A DNA stretch of 64,000 nt from Spirochaetia bacterium (GTDB taxonomy: Bacteria; Spirochaetota; Spirochaetia; CAKZLE01): the NCBI GenBank assembly GCA_963677595.1, contig OY782041.1, positions 2,912,001 to 2,976,000 on the forward strand, given 5' to 3'. A program made the position numbers and the translations under genes. The notes below the pieces were generated by a model that had not been told where the DNA came from, made no database searches, and was given only the letters and a program-made list of their open reading frames with translations. Below are positions 19,943 to 29,861 of this stretch, in pieces (positions within the stretch are counted from its first letter, which is position 1; the number at the start of each line of letters is the position of its first letter).

Positions 19943-20962
19943 ATGGGCAGATTCACAGAGGCGAAGAAGATCGTCCGGGCGTACTTCAATGACCTGGAGC
20001 AAGCGTCAGTTGACAGCGTACTGGAAGTGATCGAATCATATACGCATGAGAACTATTCCTGGAGAGGGGTCTACCCCTTCCGGGAGCAGCCGGATGCGGC
20101 ATCGGCTGTGCAGGTGTTCTGGGCTCCGCTGCTGAAGGCGGTATCCCATATACAGCGGAGGCAAGATATCTTCATCGCCGGTGACAATGAGATCTCAGAG
20201 GGAACCTGGGTCATGAGTATGGGCCACTTCATGGGGCTCTTCGACCGGGAGTGGCTCGGGATCAGGCCCACAGGGAAGATGGTGAGTCTCCGGTATGCGG
20301 AATTCAACCGTGTCGAGGATGGGAAGATTACGGAGACCGGCCTGTTCGTCGACCTCATCGGGTTCATGGGGCAGGCGGGTGTCTATCCGCTTCCCCCGGC
20401 TACCGGGCAGTACTTCATCTATCCGGGGCCGAGAGGGCATGACGGGCTCCTGTTCGAGGATGCCCCGCCGCAGGATGGGGAGAAGACCCTTGGACTGGTG
20501 AACCAGATGGTGCAGGACCTCTCGGACCTGAATGAGAGCGGCTCCATGGGCTGTGCCCCAGAAGTGCTGGAACGGACCTGGACGGATGACATGATCTGGT
20601 ACGGTCCGGCTGGGATCGGTGCCAGTTACACGATCCCCCGCTACCAGAGGCAGCACCAGCTGCCCTTCAGGAGCAGCCTCGAGGGGAAGAAGTTCCTCGG
20701 CCACCGCTGCAGGTTCGCAGAAGGGGACTTCGCCTGTTTCTTCGGCTGGCCGAACCTGGTCAACAGGCCGGTCGGCGGTTTCCTCGGACTTCCCGGGGGC
20801 AGCGCCGTCGCTGCGGAGATGCAGGTCGTGGATGTCTATTGCCGGAGGGGCGACAAGCTCTCAGAGAACTGGGTGTTCATCGACTTGCCCTGGTGGCTGA
20901 AACAGCAGGGCCTCGACATCTTCGAGCGGACAGCCGCTATCTTCAACCCCCGGCTGGGATAG
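19943..20962 (+). CDS. Double-domain SnoaL-like/ester cyclase family protein
   Basis: WLGIRPTGKMVSLRYAEF, WYGPAGIG, GWPN, ENWVFIDL; start MGRFTE after GGGAG. Confidence 0.75.
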   Translation: MGRFTEAKKIVRAYFNDLEQASVDSVLEVIESYTHENYSWRGVYPFREQPDAASAVQVFWAPLLKAVSHIQRRQDIFIAGDNEISEGTWVMSMGHFMGLFDREWLGIRPTGKMVSLRYAEFNRVEDGKITETGLFVDLIGFMGQAGVYPLPPATGQYFIYPGPRGHDGLLFEDAPPQDGEKTLGLVNQMVQDLSDLNESGSMGCAPEVLERTWTDDMIWYGPAGIGASYTIPRYQRQHQLPFRSSLEGKKFLGHRCRFAEGDFACFFGWPNLVNRPVGGFLGLPGGSAVAAEMQVVDVYCRRGDKLSENWVFIDLPWWLKQQGLDIFERTAAIFNPRLG

Positions 20963-21012
20963 GATGTGCCGGCTTTTGCCGTAGAGATACCAAAACATAG
21001 CAGGAAGATCGT

Positions 21013-21594
21013 ATGGATAATGAAACAAGAGACAAACGGAAGGAATGGGAAGCGTTCGTGAATACCTGTGAGTTCAGGGATACCGATGAGGTAGCAGAAT
21101 ACTTCGAGAAATACACCCAGCTCATACATGACTACAAGATGATCGGGCGGATCTATGACTGTTATGACGATGATATCGTCATGAACCGTTCGAGCGGGGT
21201 CAAGATACAGGGGCTGACGAACATCTTCGGCCGCTCGATGCAGCTGCTGACGACAGTCCCCGACCTGCAGTATGAGTTCCTCGACATCTTCGCTGAGGGG
21301 AATCCCGAGGACGGGTACTCCTTCGCGCAGCTGACAGTGAACCACGGGACCTTCAGCGGGTATTCCCGGGCAGGGGAGCCGTCAGGAAGGAACTATGACG
21401 ATCCGTTCCCGAAGTACGGGATCTGCGAATGCTTCGTGGAGAAGGTCGACGGCAGGTGGATGATCACCAGAGAGTGGGTAGGCGATTCTGAGTTCTACGA
21501 TGACTACCTGCTGGGGATCACCGACACGCTCGACGGGTCGAGGGTTGACACGGAATTGAAAGAAACGGGAGAAGAGGAGGCAGTCGATGCGTGA
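21013..21594 (+). CDS. SnoaL-like/ester cyclase family protein (single domain)
   Basis: TQLIHDYKMIGRIYDCY, VPDL, HGTFSGYSRAGEPSG, WMITREW. Confidence 0.65.
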   Translation: MDNETRDKRKEWEAFVNTCEFRDTDEVAEYFEKYTQLIHDYKMIGRIYDCYDDDIVMNRSSGVKIQGLTNIFGRSMQLLTTVPDLQYEFLDIFAEGNPEDGYSFAQLTVNHGTFSGYSRAGEPSGRNYDDPFPKYGICECFVEKVDGRWMITREWVGDSEFYDDYLLGITDTLDGSRVDTELKETGEEEAVDA

Positions 21595-22090
21595 GAACCC
21601 CATAGACAGGATACTCCAGGTCTCGAGGCGGCTTGATGACCTTGAGATCAAGACAGCTAACGATGTGAAAGAGTATATCAGCCTGGTGACCGAGCTGATC
21701 TATGACCAAAAGATGATCGGGAAGGTCTATGACTATTATGCCGATGATGCAGACGTGGTACTCCAGAGCAGGATCAACCTGAAAGGGCCCGATGAGGTCT
21801 CCTATGACATCATGCAGTTCTGCACGGCATTCCCCGACCTGCGGGCTGAGGTGAGGAACATCATCGTGCAGCAGGATGAAAAGGGGTTCAAGGCCTTCAG
21901 GCGGGTAAACTTCTCCGGTACCAATACCGGGACAAGCATCTACGGGCCCCCTACGGGCAAGAGCCTGGGGGACGAGTGTCTCTGCATGAGTTACATGAAA
22001 CTCAGGGAGGTTGATGGGTCATGGAAGATCTCGCAGGAGATCACCAACAACAGCGAACGGCAGATACGGCAGACGCTGACGGCTGAATGA
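21587..22090 (+). CDS. SnoaL-like/ester cyclase family protein (single domain)
   Basis: TELIYDQKMIGKVYDYY, AFPDL, SGTNTGTSIYGPPTGK, WKISQE. Confidence 0.75.
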   Translation: MRENPIDRILQVSRRLDDLEIKTANDVKEYISLVTELIYDQKMIGKVYDYYADDADVVLQSRINLKGPDEVSYDIMQFCTAFPDLRAEVRNIIVQQDEKGFKAFRRVNFSGTNTGTSIYGPPTGKSLGDECLCMSYMKLREVDGSWKISQEITNNSERQIRQTLTAE

Positions 22091-22111
22091 TACGATTGGC
22101 AGGAGATGATC

Positions 22112-23143
22112 ATGAATAGTGTACACGACAGGAATAAGAGACTCATTGCACGATATCGGGCAGCCTTGTATGACTTGGAACCAACGAAGCTCCTCACCGT
22201 CATGAAGGAGGTCTTCTCTGAGGACTGTATTTTCCATATGTGCTCACCCTTCGGGGATATCATCGGGCCTGAGGCGTATTATGAGGCGGTATTCTGTCCG
22301 ATGCTCACCGCCATGCCCGACCTCGAGCGGCGTGACTACATCGACGTGGCCGGGGACTCGAAGGGGGTCGACTGGGTTGGCAGCTGCGGCTACTGGATCG
22401 GTGTCTTCGAGCAGCCCTGGCTTGATATACCGCCGACCTGCCACCCGATCGCGATGCGGTACCATGAGTTCTTCAAGGTCGAATCCGGGAAGGTCGTGGA
22501 GTTCCAGGGGATCTGGGACATGGTCCACTTCATGATGCAGGCGGATGCATGGCCTCTTGCTCCCAGTCTTGGTATGGACTGGGTCGGCCCGGCGCCGGCT
22601 CTACAGAACGGCCTGCAAGCCGGGGATCGCGATGAAGCCATGGCTAAGGCTTCCTGCGACCTCATCCTCGACATGCTGACCCATATGAACCGGTATCCCA
22701 GCCAGGGGACCCGTGATGTCATGGAGATGGAGCGGTTCTGGCACCCGAAGATGACCTGGTACGGTCCGGCAGGGATCGGGACTAACCGGAGGATCAGCGG
22801 GTTCACCAACTGGCATTCGATCCCCTTCCTTAAGGCCCTGCCTGACCGGGGGGATACGACCGGGCTCGATGACCATTTCTTCGGGGACGGCCATTACGCT
22901 GCCTGTACCGGCTGGCCGAACATGCAGATGACCATCAGCGGTGACGGCTGGATGGGCCTGCCCCCTGTGGGGAAGAAGCTCACGATGAAGAGTTTGGATT
23001 TCTGGCGGGAGGAGAAGGGCCTGATCCGGGAGAACTGGGTCTTAATAGACCTGCTGGACATCTACGACCAGCTGGGAGTGGATGTCTTCTCGAGGATGCG
23101 TGAGCGTACGGTCGCACGACAGCAGGTCAGGCCGGCACTGTAA
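22112..23143 (+). CDS. Double-domain SnoaL-like/ester cyclase family protein
   Basis: AMPDLERRD, WLDIPPT...MRYHEFF, WYGPAGIG, GWPNM, ENWVLIDL; paralogue of 19943..20962. Confidence 0.75.
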   Translation: MNSVHDRNKRLIARYRAALYDLEPTKLLTVMKEVFSEDCIFHMCSPFGDIIGPEAYYEAVFCPMLTAMPDLERRDYIDVAGDSKGVDWVGSCGYWIGVFEQPWLDIPPTCHPIAMRYHEFFKVESGKVVEFQGIWDMVHFMMQADAWPLAPSLGMDWVGPAPALQNGLQAGDRDEAMAKASCDLILDMLTHMNRYPSQGTRDVMEMERFWHPKMTWYGPAGIGTNRRISGFTNWHSIPFLKALPDRGDTTGLDDHFFGDGHYAACTGWPNMQMTISGDGWMGLPPVGKKLTMKSLDFWREEKGLIRENWVLIDLLDIYDQLGVDVFSRMRERTVARQQVRPAL

Positions 23144-23192
23144 CGATAGTGAAGTTCAGGATACCCAGTCTGTGACCCGCAGGCCGGGTACC

Positions 23193-23381
23193 TTACGGCT
23201 CTTTTACATCTCTATCCTCTATCGACCCGAACAGTTCCTGGTAGCCCTCAGGATAGGATGAGTCCAGTTTTTCTCTAAGCTGCGTCACCACCCAATTCGA
23301 GATTGAAGTCTTAGCAGCATTAGCTGCCTCCTGGATCATCTTCAGTGTCTCTTTGTCGACATACAATGATATCTGGGGCAT
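23193..23381 (-). CDS. Orphan ribbon-helix-helix antitoxin-like protein
   Basis: GAGGAGG RBS; MPQISLYVDKETL...SISNWV...YPEGYQELFGSIED; no toxin gene follows. Confidence 0.6.
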   Translation of the reverse strand: MPQISLYVDKETLKMIQEAANAAKTSISNWVVTQLREKLDSSYPEGYQELFGSIEDRDVKEP

Positions 23382-23445
23382 CGACTCCTCCTCATGTGAA
23401 AGTATACGTCACGAGGGATGTACTTGAACAGATACTTGTTTGAAT

Positions 23446-24021
23446 TCAAGCCCTGTCCTGAAGGTGCATGTGCTCACCGGCTATGCCTGTCTGGCGGTCC
23501 AGCCCCTGGATCGCCGGCAGGATGACCCCGGCAAGTCGTTCCAGGTCCTCCGGGTGTTCCTTCAGGCAGTATGTGCTGGTCTCATCGGCCTTGGCAGCTT
23601 CCGATACCTTACAGAATTGTGCGATATGGAGGTCGAGGAACAGGGCCAGGTCCTTCCCGAGTACCTTCTTGAGCTGTCCGACCGGTTTCGTGTTCGGCCC
23701 GAGCGCCCCGCCGCTCAGGGCAACGAAGGCATATCTGCCGACCTGCTTCCTGATGGCCTTCATGCAGGTCATGAGCGGGGAACAGATATGGAACATCCAG
23801 ACCGGCCCCATGAACAGTACGAGGTCGTATTGTTTTACCTGTTCAGGGATCGCCTGTACGGCAGCGTTCCTGTGGAACACCATATCGAGGACGATCTGCT
23901 TGACGGTCCTCTCCTTCGTCTCGACCAGCCGGAAGGTGTCGGCCCTGAGTCTCGCTGCGACCTGCTCGGCCAATACTGCGTTGTTTCCTGTATAGGAATA
24001 ATAGATGATCAAGGTCCTCAT
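23446..24021 (-). CDS. Flavodoxin-family protein
   Basis: LIIYYSYTGNN FMN-binding motif; YDLVLFMGPVW. Confidence 0.75.
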   Translation of the reverse strand: MRTLIIYYSYTGNNAVLAEQVAARLRADTFRLVETKERTVKQIVLDMVFHRNAAVQAIPEQVKQYDLVLFMGPVWMFHICSPLMTCMKAIRKQVGRYAFVALSGGALGPNTKPVGQLKKVLGKDLALFLDLHIAQFCKVSEAAKADETSTYCLKEHPEDLERLAGVILPAIQGLDRQTGIAGEHMHLQDRA

Positions 24022-25016
24022 AGTCTCTCTCCTCCTTGTCTGTGATAGTTCTCTCGCAGGAACGTGAGCATCCTGCTGTTCACCTCATCCGGCTTCTCCA
24101 CGTTCAGGCTGTGCCCCGTCCCCTCGACCAGTGCTATCTGGGCATGGGGCAGGGCGTTCCCTGCCGCGAGGGCGAATGCTCCCGGGTCCTTGTAGATGAT
24201 CGGCTTGCCGCCCGCCAGGATCAGTACCGGCATGTCTACCATGGTCAACTCCTCCGGGGCGTAGACCCGGTGCTGCGGCACGTCCATCATGCCGACGGTC
24301 CCGTACTCGATCACATCGATCATGTGCTCCAGCCAGATGTCGGATTCAGTATCAGCGAAGCCTCCCCCGATCCAGCTGAAGAACTCGCGGTACTTCTCCC
24401 TGCTCGGGAAGAGCATGAAGTACCTGAACCCCTGCCATGCCATGATCCCGCTCATCTTCATGAATGTTTCCGACGGGTCAAGCATGATCACGGCAGAGAT
24501 CTCCTGCGGTATCTCGCGTGCCAGGGCCAGTGATAACCAGCTCCCGTAGGAGAGTCCTGCTACTGCCGTCCTGTCATAGCCGTACTGGTCCAGCAGGGCC
24601 TGAAACCATGCGGCATAGTCCGTGATATCTGCGATCTTTCTGTCAGACGGTTCTCCCTTCCCGCCGAAAACGAGGAGGTCGACTGCGTATACTCGATACT
24701 CCTCAGCCAGTGCGGAGGCATTCGCGTACCACATCGTGGCATCCGCGAAGAGCCCCGGAAGCAGGAATACCGGCTGTGCATCCTCCGGTCCTGCGATGAT
24801 GATATGGGTCCTCCCGTAGTCAGTGTCGACCCAGTCCTCGGTGTAGGCTGTCTCCCACAATCCCATGACTTGGTCGTAGCTCCGGTATGCTGCAGCCCGT
24901 GCTTCATCATCGGCATACAGGTCTGTAGACTCTTCTGTATACTTGTTCGTCGAACAGCCGGTGAAGAATGCGACGGCGATGATGCAGATGCTTATCCCTA
25001 TCCTTTTCCCTCTCAT
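24018..25016 (-). CDS. Alpha/beta-fold hydrolase, lipoprotein
   Basis: Lipobox FFTGC; GLSYG nucleophile elbow; GTGHSLNVEKP. Confidence 0.88.
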   Translation of the reverse strand: MRGKRIGISICIIAVAFFTGCSTNKYTEESTDLYADDEARAAAYRSYDQVMGLWETAYTEDWVDTDYGRTHIIIAGPEDAQPVFLLPGLFADATMWYANASALAEEYRVYAVDLLVFGGKGEPSDRKIADITDYAAWFQALLDQYGYDRTAVAGLSYGSWLSLALAREIPQEISAVIMLDPSETFMKMSGIMAWQGFRYFMLFPSREKYREFFSWIGGGFADTESDIWLEHMIDVIEYGTVGMMDVPQHRVYAPEELTMVDMPVLILAGGKPIIYKDPGAFALAAGNALPHAQIALVEGTGHSLNVEKPDEVNSRMLTFLRENYHRQGGERL

Positions 25017-25050
25017 GATCTCCCTCCTGTGATCTGGTGTGTCTGTAATA

Positions 25051-25064
25051 TAAACGACCGTTTA
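25051..25064. promoter_or_regulatory. Probable TetR operator
   Basis: Near-palindrome TAAACGACCGTTTA between the divergent hydrolase and TetR genes; related TAAACAAATGTTGA at about 25095. Confidence 0.5.
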
Positions 25065-25139
25065 GTTATTTGCAAGAGTTGGGAGATAAAAAAATAAACA
25101 AATGTTGATTTTTTTAGAGAACTCTGAGATACTCATCCT

Positions 25140-25778
25140 ATGAGCAGACCAAAAAAATCAGAGATGGACCCGACACCGACAAAAGAACGACTCTACCGGA
25201 AAGCCCTGGAACTCTTTTCCAAGAAAGGTTTTGATGCTGTTTCAGTGAGGACGATCACGCGATCGCTTGGCTTGAACGAAGCGACCCTCTACATCTATTA
25301 CAAGAACAAGTCAGCCCTGCTGGCAGAGATCCTGGAACGGCTGGAAGCCAAACTCATCATCCCGGGGTTCAGGGTCCCGCCCCCTGAACACTTTATGCCG
25401 CTGGAAGACTTCGACCTGCACAGCTTCCTCATGGAGGGTGCGAGACGCTTCTTCTCCATGGCTGATGAAGAGGTGCTGATGACCTGGAGGCTGCTGATGA
25501 TCAGTCAGTATACCTATCCCTCTGCCCGGGACAGCATCGAGAACCACCTGCTGAACACCCCGGTCCGTTTCTTCACGGGGATGCTGGAGAACATCGCGAA
25601 GGCAGGCCTGATCAAGGAGGATGTGGACTGCAGTTCACTGGGGAAGGTGATAGGCTCGCTATTCTTCGATTACTCCTTCCGTGCCAACCTGAAGGCTGCT
25701 TGGGACAGGGATCAGGAAGGGGAGATGCAGAACCTATCAGATGAGATCAGGCTGGTAGTGAGGTTGGTTGCGATATAG
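25140..25778 (+). CDS. TetR/AcrR-family regulator
   Basis: ALELFSKKGFDAVSVRTITRSLGLNEATLYIYYKNKSALL. Confidence 0.92.
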   Translation: MSRPKKSEMDPTPTKERLYRKALELFSKKGFDAVSVRTITRSLGLNEATLYIYYKNKSALLAEILERLEAKLIIPGFRVPPPEHFMPLEDFDLHSFLMEGARRFFSMADEEVLMTWRLLMISQYTYPSARDSIENHLLNTPVRFFTGMLENIAKAGLIKEDVDCSSLGKVIGSLFFDYSFRANLKAAWDRDQEGEMQNLSDEIRLVVRLVAI

Positions 25779-25833
25779 CGTTACCACCTTCTTCTCTCTG
25801 GTGGTGCATTGCAGAACATATTAGGAGATTCGT

Positions 25834-25935
25834 ATGAGTATGAGGCTTACTCTTACGATCGATGAGACCGTATCCCAGTTGATGGGCAGTAACGCTGTCC
25901 CTGCTAACAGATTAAAATCCAAACTGTTTCAATAA
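25834..25935 (+). pseudogene. N-terminal stub of a DUF6364-like antitoxin
   Basis: AGGAG RBS then MSMRLTLTIDETV (compare MNKKLTLSMD at 1208), followed by unrelated sequence. Confidence 0.35.
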
Positions 25936-26157
25936 AACGAGATAGACTTAATTCAAAGCGTACCCAATACCATTCCCAAAATTCATATTTACAGGCTTCT
26001 TATGTTGTATTATACTTAACATATGAAAAGTAGTTGTAGATTCAAAAAATGTATATCAAGAAAATCTCAGTGTGCTTCGCTCATATTCCAGATAGATGGT
26101 TTTCCAACGGAACGTATGATATGAAAGAAGCTGTTCTCTTGGCTGAGAAGAAAATTA

Positions 26158-27668
26158 GGATCAATCACTTTTTCTGTGGGATGAAGTTATGGAGTATCAA
26201 AGAATAGGAGAAGAGGAAAAAGAGTCTGCTGCGATTGCATAAGAAGGGGCCATCCCTGTATTGTTAGGTTACGACACAAAACAAACAGGAAGACAGCCCC
26301 GCATGCAATATATCACGTTACCTTCAGGATTGATAGGCTTCACCAATGACAAGACGGAAATTGTAAAGACCACGACGAACAGAGAGATGTATCTGCTGTA
26401 TGGTCAACTGGAAAGCAATAGTGATCAATGTCATTGTCCCAAATGCGGGAATACCATGCACATCCATAACCGTTATGAAGTCACTCTCAGACACCTCTGC
26501 TTCGGGCATCGAATGAGCTGTCTACGGTTCACCAAGCTCAGATACCTGTGCCCATCATGCCGAAGGACGCAGATGCAGGAGGTACCGTTTCAGGCCCAGG
26601 GGCACCGCATCAGCGAGGAATTGTTGACCTATACGAGGGACCTGCTTGCCTATGGCCTTACGAACAAGGAAGTGGCATACCTGACTGGTTTTGGGAAGAA
26701 CACTGTCAAGGATATTGACCTGCAGCGACTTAAGGAACGGTACACCATCGACGGGAAGCGCCTGATCAAACCAGAGAAGCAAGCCAGGATCCTGGGTATC
26801 GATGAGTTCCTGCTACATAAGGGACATAAGTATGCGGTGGTGATCATCGACATGGAAAGCGGGCACATCCTGTGGTTGGCGCATGGGAAGAAGAAGGCCT
26901 CGGTGCATGCCTTCATCGACCATGTCGGTGAGGATTGGATGGATGGCGTCGAAGCTGTCGCCTGCGACATGAACAGCGATTTTCAGGAGGTGTTCGAGGA
27001 GCGCTGTGCCCACATACAGCCTGTTTTCGACCACTTTCATATCGTCCGCAACTTCAATGACAAGGTCGTGGGGCAGATACGCAAGGATGAACAGAAGAGG
27101 CTGATTGCCGAGGGGGACCTCGAGGGAGCCAAGTCGCTTAAGGGGTGTAAGTACATCCTCGCCTCTTCGAAGCAAACCCTTGCGAGAAAAGATGAAGATG
27201 CCGGATCGGTCATCAACAAAGGCTCCTCCCTATTCAGCAGGGAACACTATGTCCTCAAAGGTGGACATCTGGACAAATATGAGGAGTTACTCAGACAGAA
27301 TAAGCTCTTGTTTACCTTAGATTTGATCAAGGAGAAGCTCAGCGGGGCTTACAAAATGACCGATGAACCATCCATGGCCAATGCTATCTCGGAAATCATG
27401 GATATGTGCTGGGACTCCAAGAACACCCACCTGCGATGGTTTAGAAGATTACTTGACAACCACTTCGAAGGCATCATCGCACATGCGACCTTTGCCATCT
27501 CTTCCGGAAAGATTGAAGGTATCAATAACCGTACCAAGACCCTGCGAAGGCAAGGATATGGGTATGCTGATGATGATTATTTCTTCCTCAAGCTCTTTGA
27601 TGCTAGTAGGAGGACCTACATCAGGAACTCTATCGCTGCTAGAATCCCACAAGATTTATGATTGAGCC
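26158..27668 (+). mobile_element. ISL3-family insertion sequence
   Basis: Imperfect 24-bp terminal IRs (GGATCAATCA...TGTGGGA vs GGCTCAATCA...TGTGGGA, 17/24) around an ISL3 transposase; no target duplication visible. Confidence 0.8.
26303..27661 (+). CDS. ISL3-family transposase
   Basis: Zinc finger CPKCG...CPSC, LGIDEF, VACDM, FDHFH, KIEGINNRTKTLRRQGYG. Confidence 0.93.
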   Translation: MQYITLPSGLIGFTNDKTEIVKTTTNREMYLLYGQLESNSDQCHCPKCGNTMHIHNRYEVTLRHLCFGHRMSCLRFTKLRYLCPSCRRTQMQEVPFQAQGHRISEELLTYTRDLLAYGLTNKEVAYLTGFGKNTVKDIDLQRLKERYTIDGKRLIKPEKQARILGIDEFLLHKGHKYAVVIIDMESGHILWLAHGKKKASVHAFIDHVGEDWMDGVEAVACDMNSDFQEVFEERCAHIQPVFDHFHIVRNFNDKVVGQIRKDEQKRLIAEGDLEGAKSLKGCKYILASSKQTLARKDEDAGSVINKGSSLFSREHYVLKGGHLDKYEELLRQNKLLFTLDLIKEKLSGAYKMTDEPSMANAISEIMDMCWDSKNTHLRWFRRLLDNHFEGIIAHATFAISSGKIEGINNRTKTLRRQGYGYADDDYFFLKLFDASRRTYIRNSIAARIPQDL

Positions 27669-27985
27669 ATCAATATACAAGAAAAGATATAGATGTTAAA
27701 ATTAAAGAGGAAATTGTTCCAAGATTATTGACCTCTTTAGATATTGATTTCAAAGGCAAAACAATAGCTGGTTGTGATTTGTTTAATGGGAAATTCAACT
27801 GGATTAGATCTAAAGATGCTGTGAATGATGCTATGCTTGTAATGAATTATAATTTATATTTAAAGCTTGAATTAGGGAAAAGTAGAGACGATTGGACTGT
27901 CGATGATTGTAAAATTGCTTTAAAACTGCTACCACAAAGAACTGAAATCGTTGAAGAAGTATTGAGAGCTTATATTGAAGAGTAA
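27669..27985 (+). pseudogene. 3' remnant of an AT-rich gene truncated by ISL3
   Basis: Open frame starts exactly at the IS end, has no own start/RBS and is followed closely by the next ORF. Confidence 0.55.
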
Positions 27986-28015
27986 ATCTTAATGAATCAG
28001 ATTAGGGGGAAGGAC

Positions 28016-28342
28016 ATGAATCAAATAGAAAAGGAAATGTATAAGCTGATATATTCACCACTTATAACCCCAAAGAACTTAGTTGAAAATATATATTTAG
28101 AGAATTATGAATCAATAAAATTCATTAAAACTAATGGGAGAATAGTTTGCGAATTACATTGCACCTTGCCCCATGGTGAAATTGCACTCTTTACATATTT
28201 TTTTGCAGACAATGATTTTCTTGAAAAAATACAAAAACAGTTACCAGGTAGAGAACCAGAAATTGTATTTGATAGAAAAGAAAAAATGGAATCTCTTTCT
28301 TCTAGATTTTACAAAAAACGAAAAACCAAACGTGCAGTTTAA
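28016..28342 (+). CDS. Hypothetical protein (AT-rich)
   Basis: 108-aa ORF with a GGAAGG RBS; no recognised family. Confidence 0.6.
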   Translation: MNQIEKEMYKLIYSPLITPKNLVENIYLENYESIKFIKTNGRIVCELHCTLPHGEIALFTYFFADNDFLEKIQKQLPGREPEIVFDRKEKMESLSSRFYKKRKTKRAV

Positions 28343-28377
28343 GCTTGATTGTGGTTCCCAAAATATTCACAGCGCTG

Positions 28378-28494
28378 CTAATGAAAACATGGAATGATAC
28401 TAGCATTTGTCCCAATCATGATAGTCAGGGGATCAATATAGAGCGTTCCTTCCTTATAACTTTTCCAGTTATTGACTACCAGCTTGGTGATCAT
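28378..28494 (-). pseudogene. 5' stub of an AAA ATPase paralogous to 30486..31739
   Basis: GGAGG RBS, MITKLVVNNWKSYKEGTLYIDPLTIMIGTNAS|IIPCFH*; 28399-28472 is identical to 31644-31717 (74 bp). Confidence 0.85.
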
Positions 28495-28645
28495 TGATGC
28501 CCTCCATGTTCATTACTGTGGAAATAGTATAACCTAAAAATGGTTACGGATTGAAACACAATGCCGGGAATTATTGATGCTTGCCTGGCAGTGAAAAACC
28601 TGTTTTTCTGTATCTTCTTTGCAATTTTAATGATAGACTTTAGAT

Positions 28646-29800
28646 ATGCAAACTTATATTCCAAGAATGAAAGAACCTGTGCTTCTAAAGCATCTCTCAG
28701 CCTTTCCTGCAGTAGCACTGCTCGGGGCCAGGCAGGTTGGTAAATCCACCTTAGCTAAACAGGTTATCGAGACAGTTCAGGATGCAGTCTACCTGGACCT
28801 GGAAGATCCCAGGGACTTTGCCAAGCTTCAGGAACCACTGGCATTCCTGGAAGCGAACAAACACCATATGATCTGTTTTGATGAGATCCAGCGGTATCCT
28901 GATCTCTTTCATATACTTCGTTCCCATATCGATGCACAGAAACGTCCGGGTCAGTTTCTGCTGCTGGGTTCTGCTTCACGGGACCTGATCAGGCAGGGTT
29001 CAGAGACTCTGGCAGGGAGAATTTCTTTTGTGGAGATCGGCCCATTCACCATCTCAGAGATTGAGGACTTCAATCGGCTGTGGCTGCAGGGAGGCTATCC
29101 GGTAAGTTACGGTTTGGATACGGAGTTGAGTTTTGACTGGAGGATCAACTATATCAGGACCTTCCTCGAGCGTGATATCCCGCAGCTGGGAATCACGATA
29201 CCGGCAGAGACTCTGCGCAGATTCTGGACCATGCTTGCGCATCTCAACGGGAGTATCGTGAACTACAGCAGCATCGCCGCTTCTATGGGACGTTCAGGCC
29301 CCACGATCAGGAACTATTTCGATATCCTTGAAGGGACATTCATCATAAGGAGACTGCAGCCGTATGTAACCAACACGAAAAAGCGGCTGGTCAAATCTCC
29401 CAAGCTCTATATCCGGGATACCGGCCTCACGCACTGCCTGCTCGGGATCGAGACGTTCAATGACCTGTTGGGCCATCCGGGACTTGGCAGCAGCTATGAA
29501 GCCGCCATCTTATCGAGTCTCATAGAACGGTATCCACGCTATTCGCCGAGTTTCTACCGCTCCTCCAGTGGAGCGGAAGTCGACCTGATCCTGGAAAAAG
29601 GGAAACGGCGTTTTGCTTTTGATATTACCGTCAGTTCTGCACCGAAGATCCCGCGAGGTTTCTATGAAGCCCTGAAGGTCATAGAACCTGAACAGGCGTT
29701 CGTGACCGCACCGGTAGATGCACCGTATCCTGTAGGGGACAACATTCTGGTTTGCCCGATCAGGGAGCTGCTGCATCTACTTGATAAGCTGCTGGGTTGA
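28646..29800 (+). CDS. AAA_14 ATPase with DUF4143 domain (COG1373)
   Basis: GARQVGKST, FDEIQ, LLGSAS, GGYP, KSPKLYIRDTG, EVDLI. Confidence 0.92.
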   Translation: MQTYIPRMKEPVLLKHLSAFPAVALLGARQVGKSTLAKQVIETVQDAVYLDLEDPRDFAKLQEPLAFLEANKHHMICFDEIQRYPDLFHILRSHIDAQKRPGQFLLLGSASRDLIRQGSETLAGRISFVEIGPFTISEIEDFNRLWLQGGYPVSYGLDTELSFDWRINYIRTFLERDIPQLGITIPAETLRRFWTMLAHLNGSIVNYSSIAASMGRSGPTIRNYFDILEGTFIIRRLQPYVTNTKKRLVKSPKLYIRDTGLTHCLLGIETFNDLLGHPGLGSSYEAAILSSLIERYPRYSPSFYRSSSGAEVDLILEKGKRRFAFDITVSSAPKIPRGFYEALKVIEPEQAFVTAPVDAPYPVGDNILVCPIRELLHLLDKLLG

Positions 29801-29861
29801 ATACGTATGTCACACAACTTGCAGCGAATCTCAAATGAGATCCAACACTTGTGTTGCTGCT

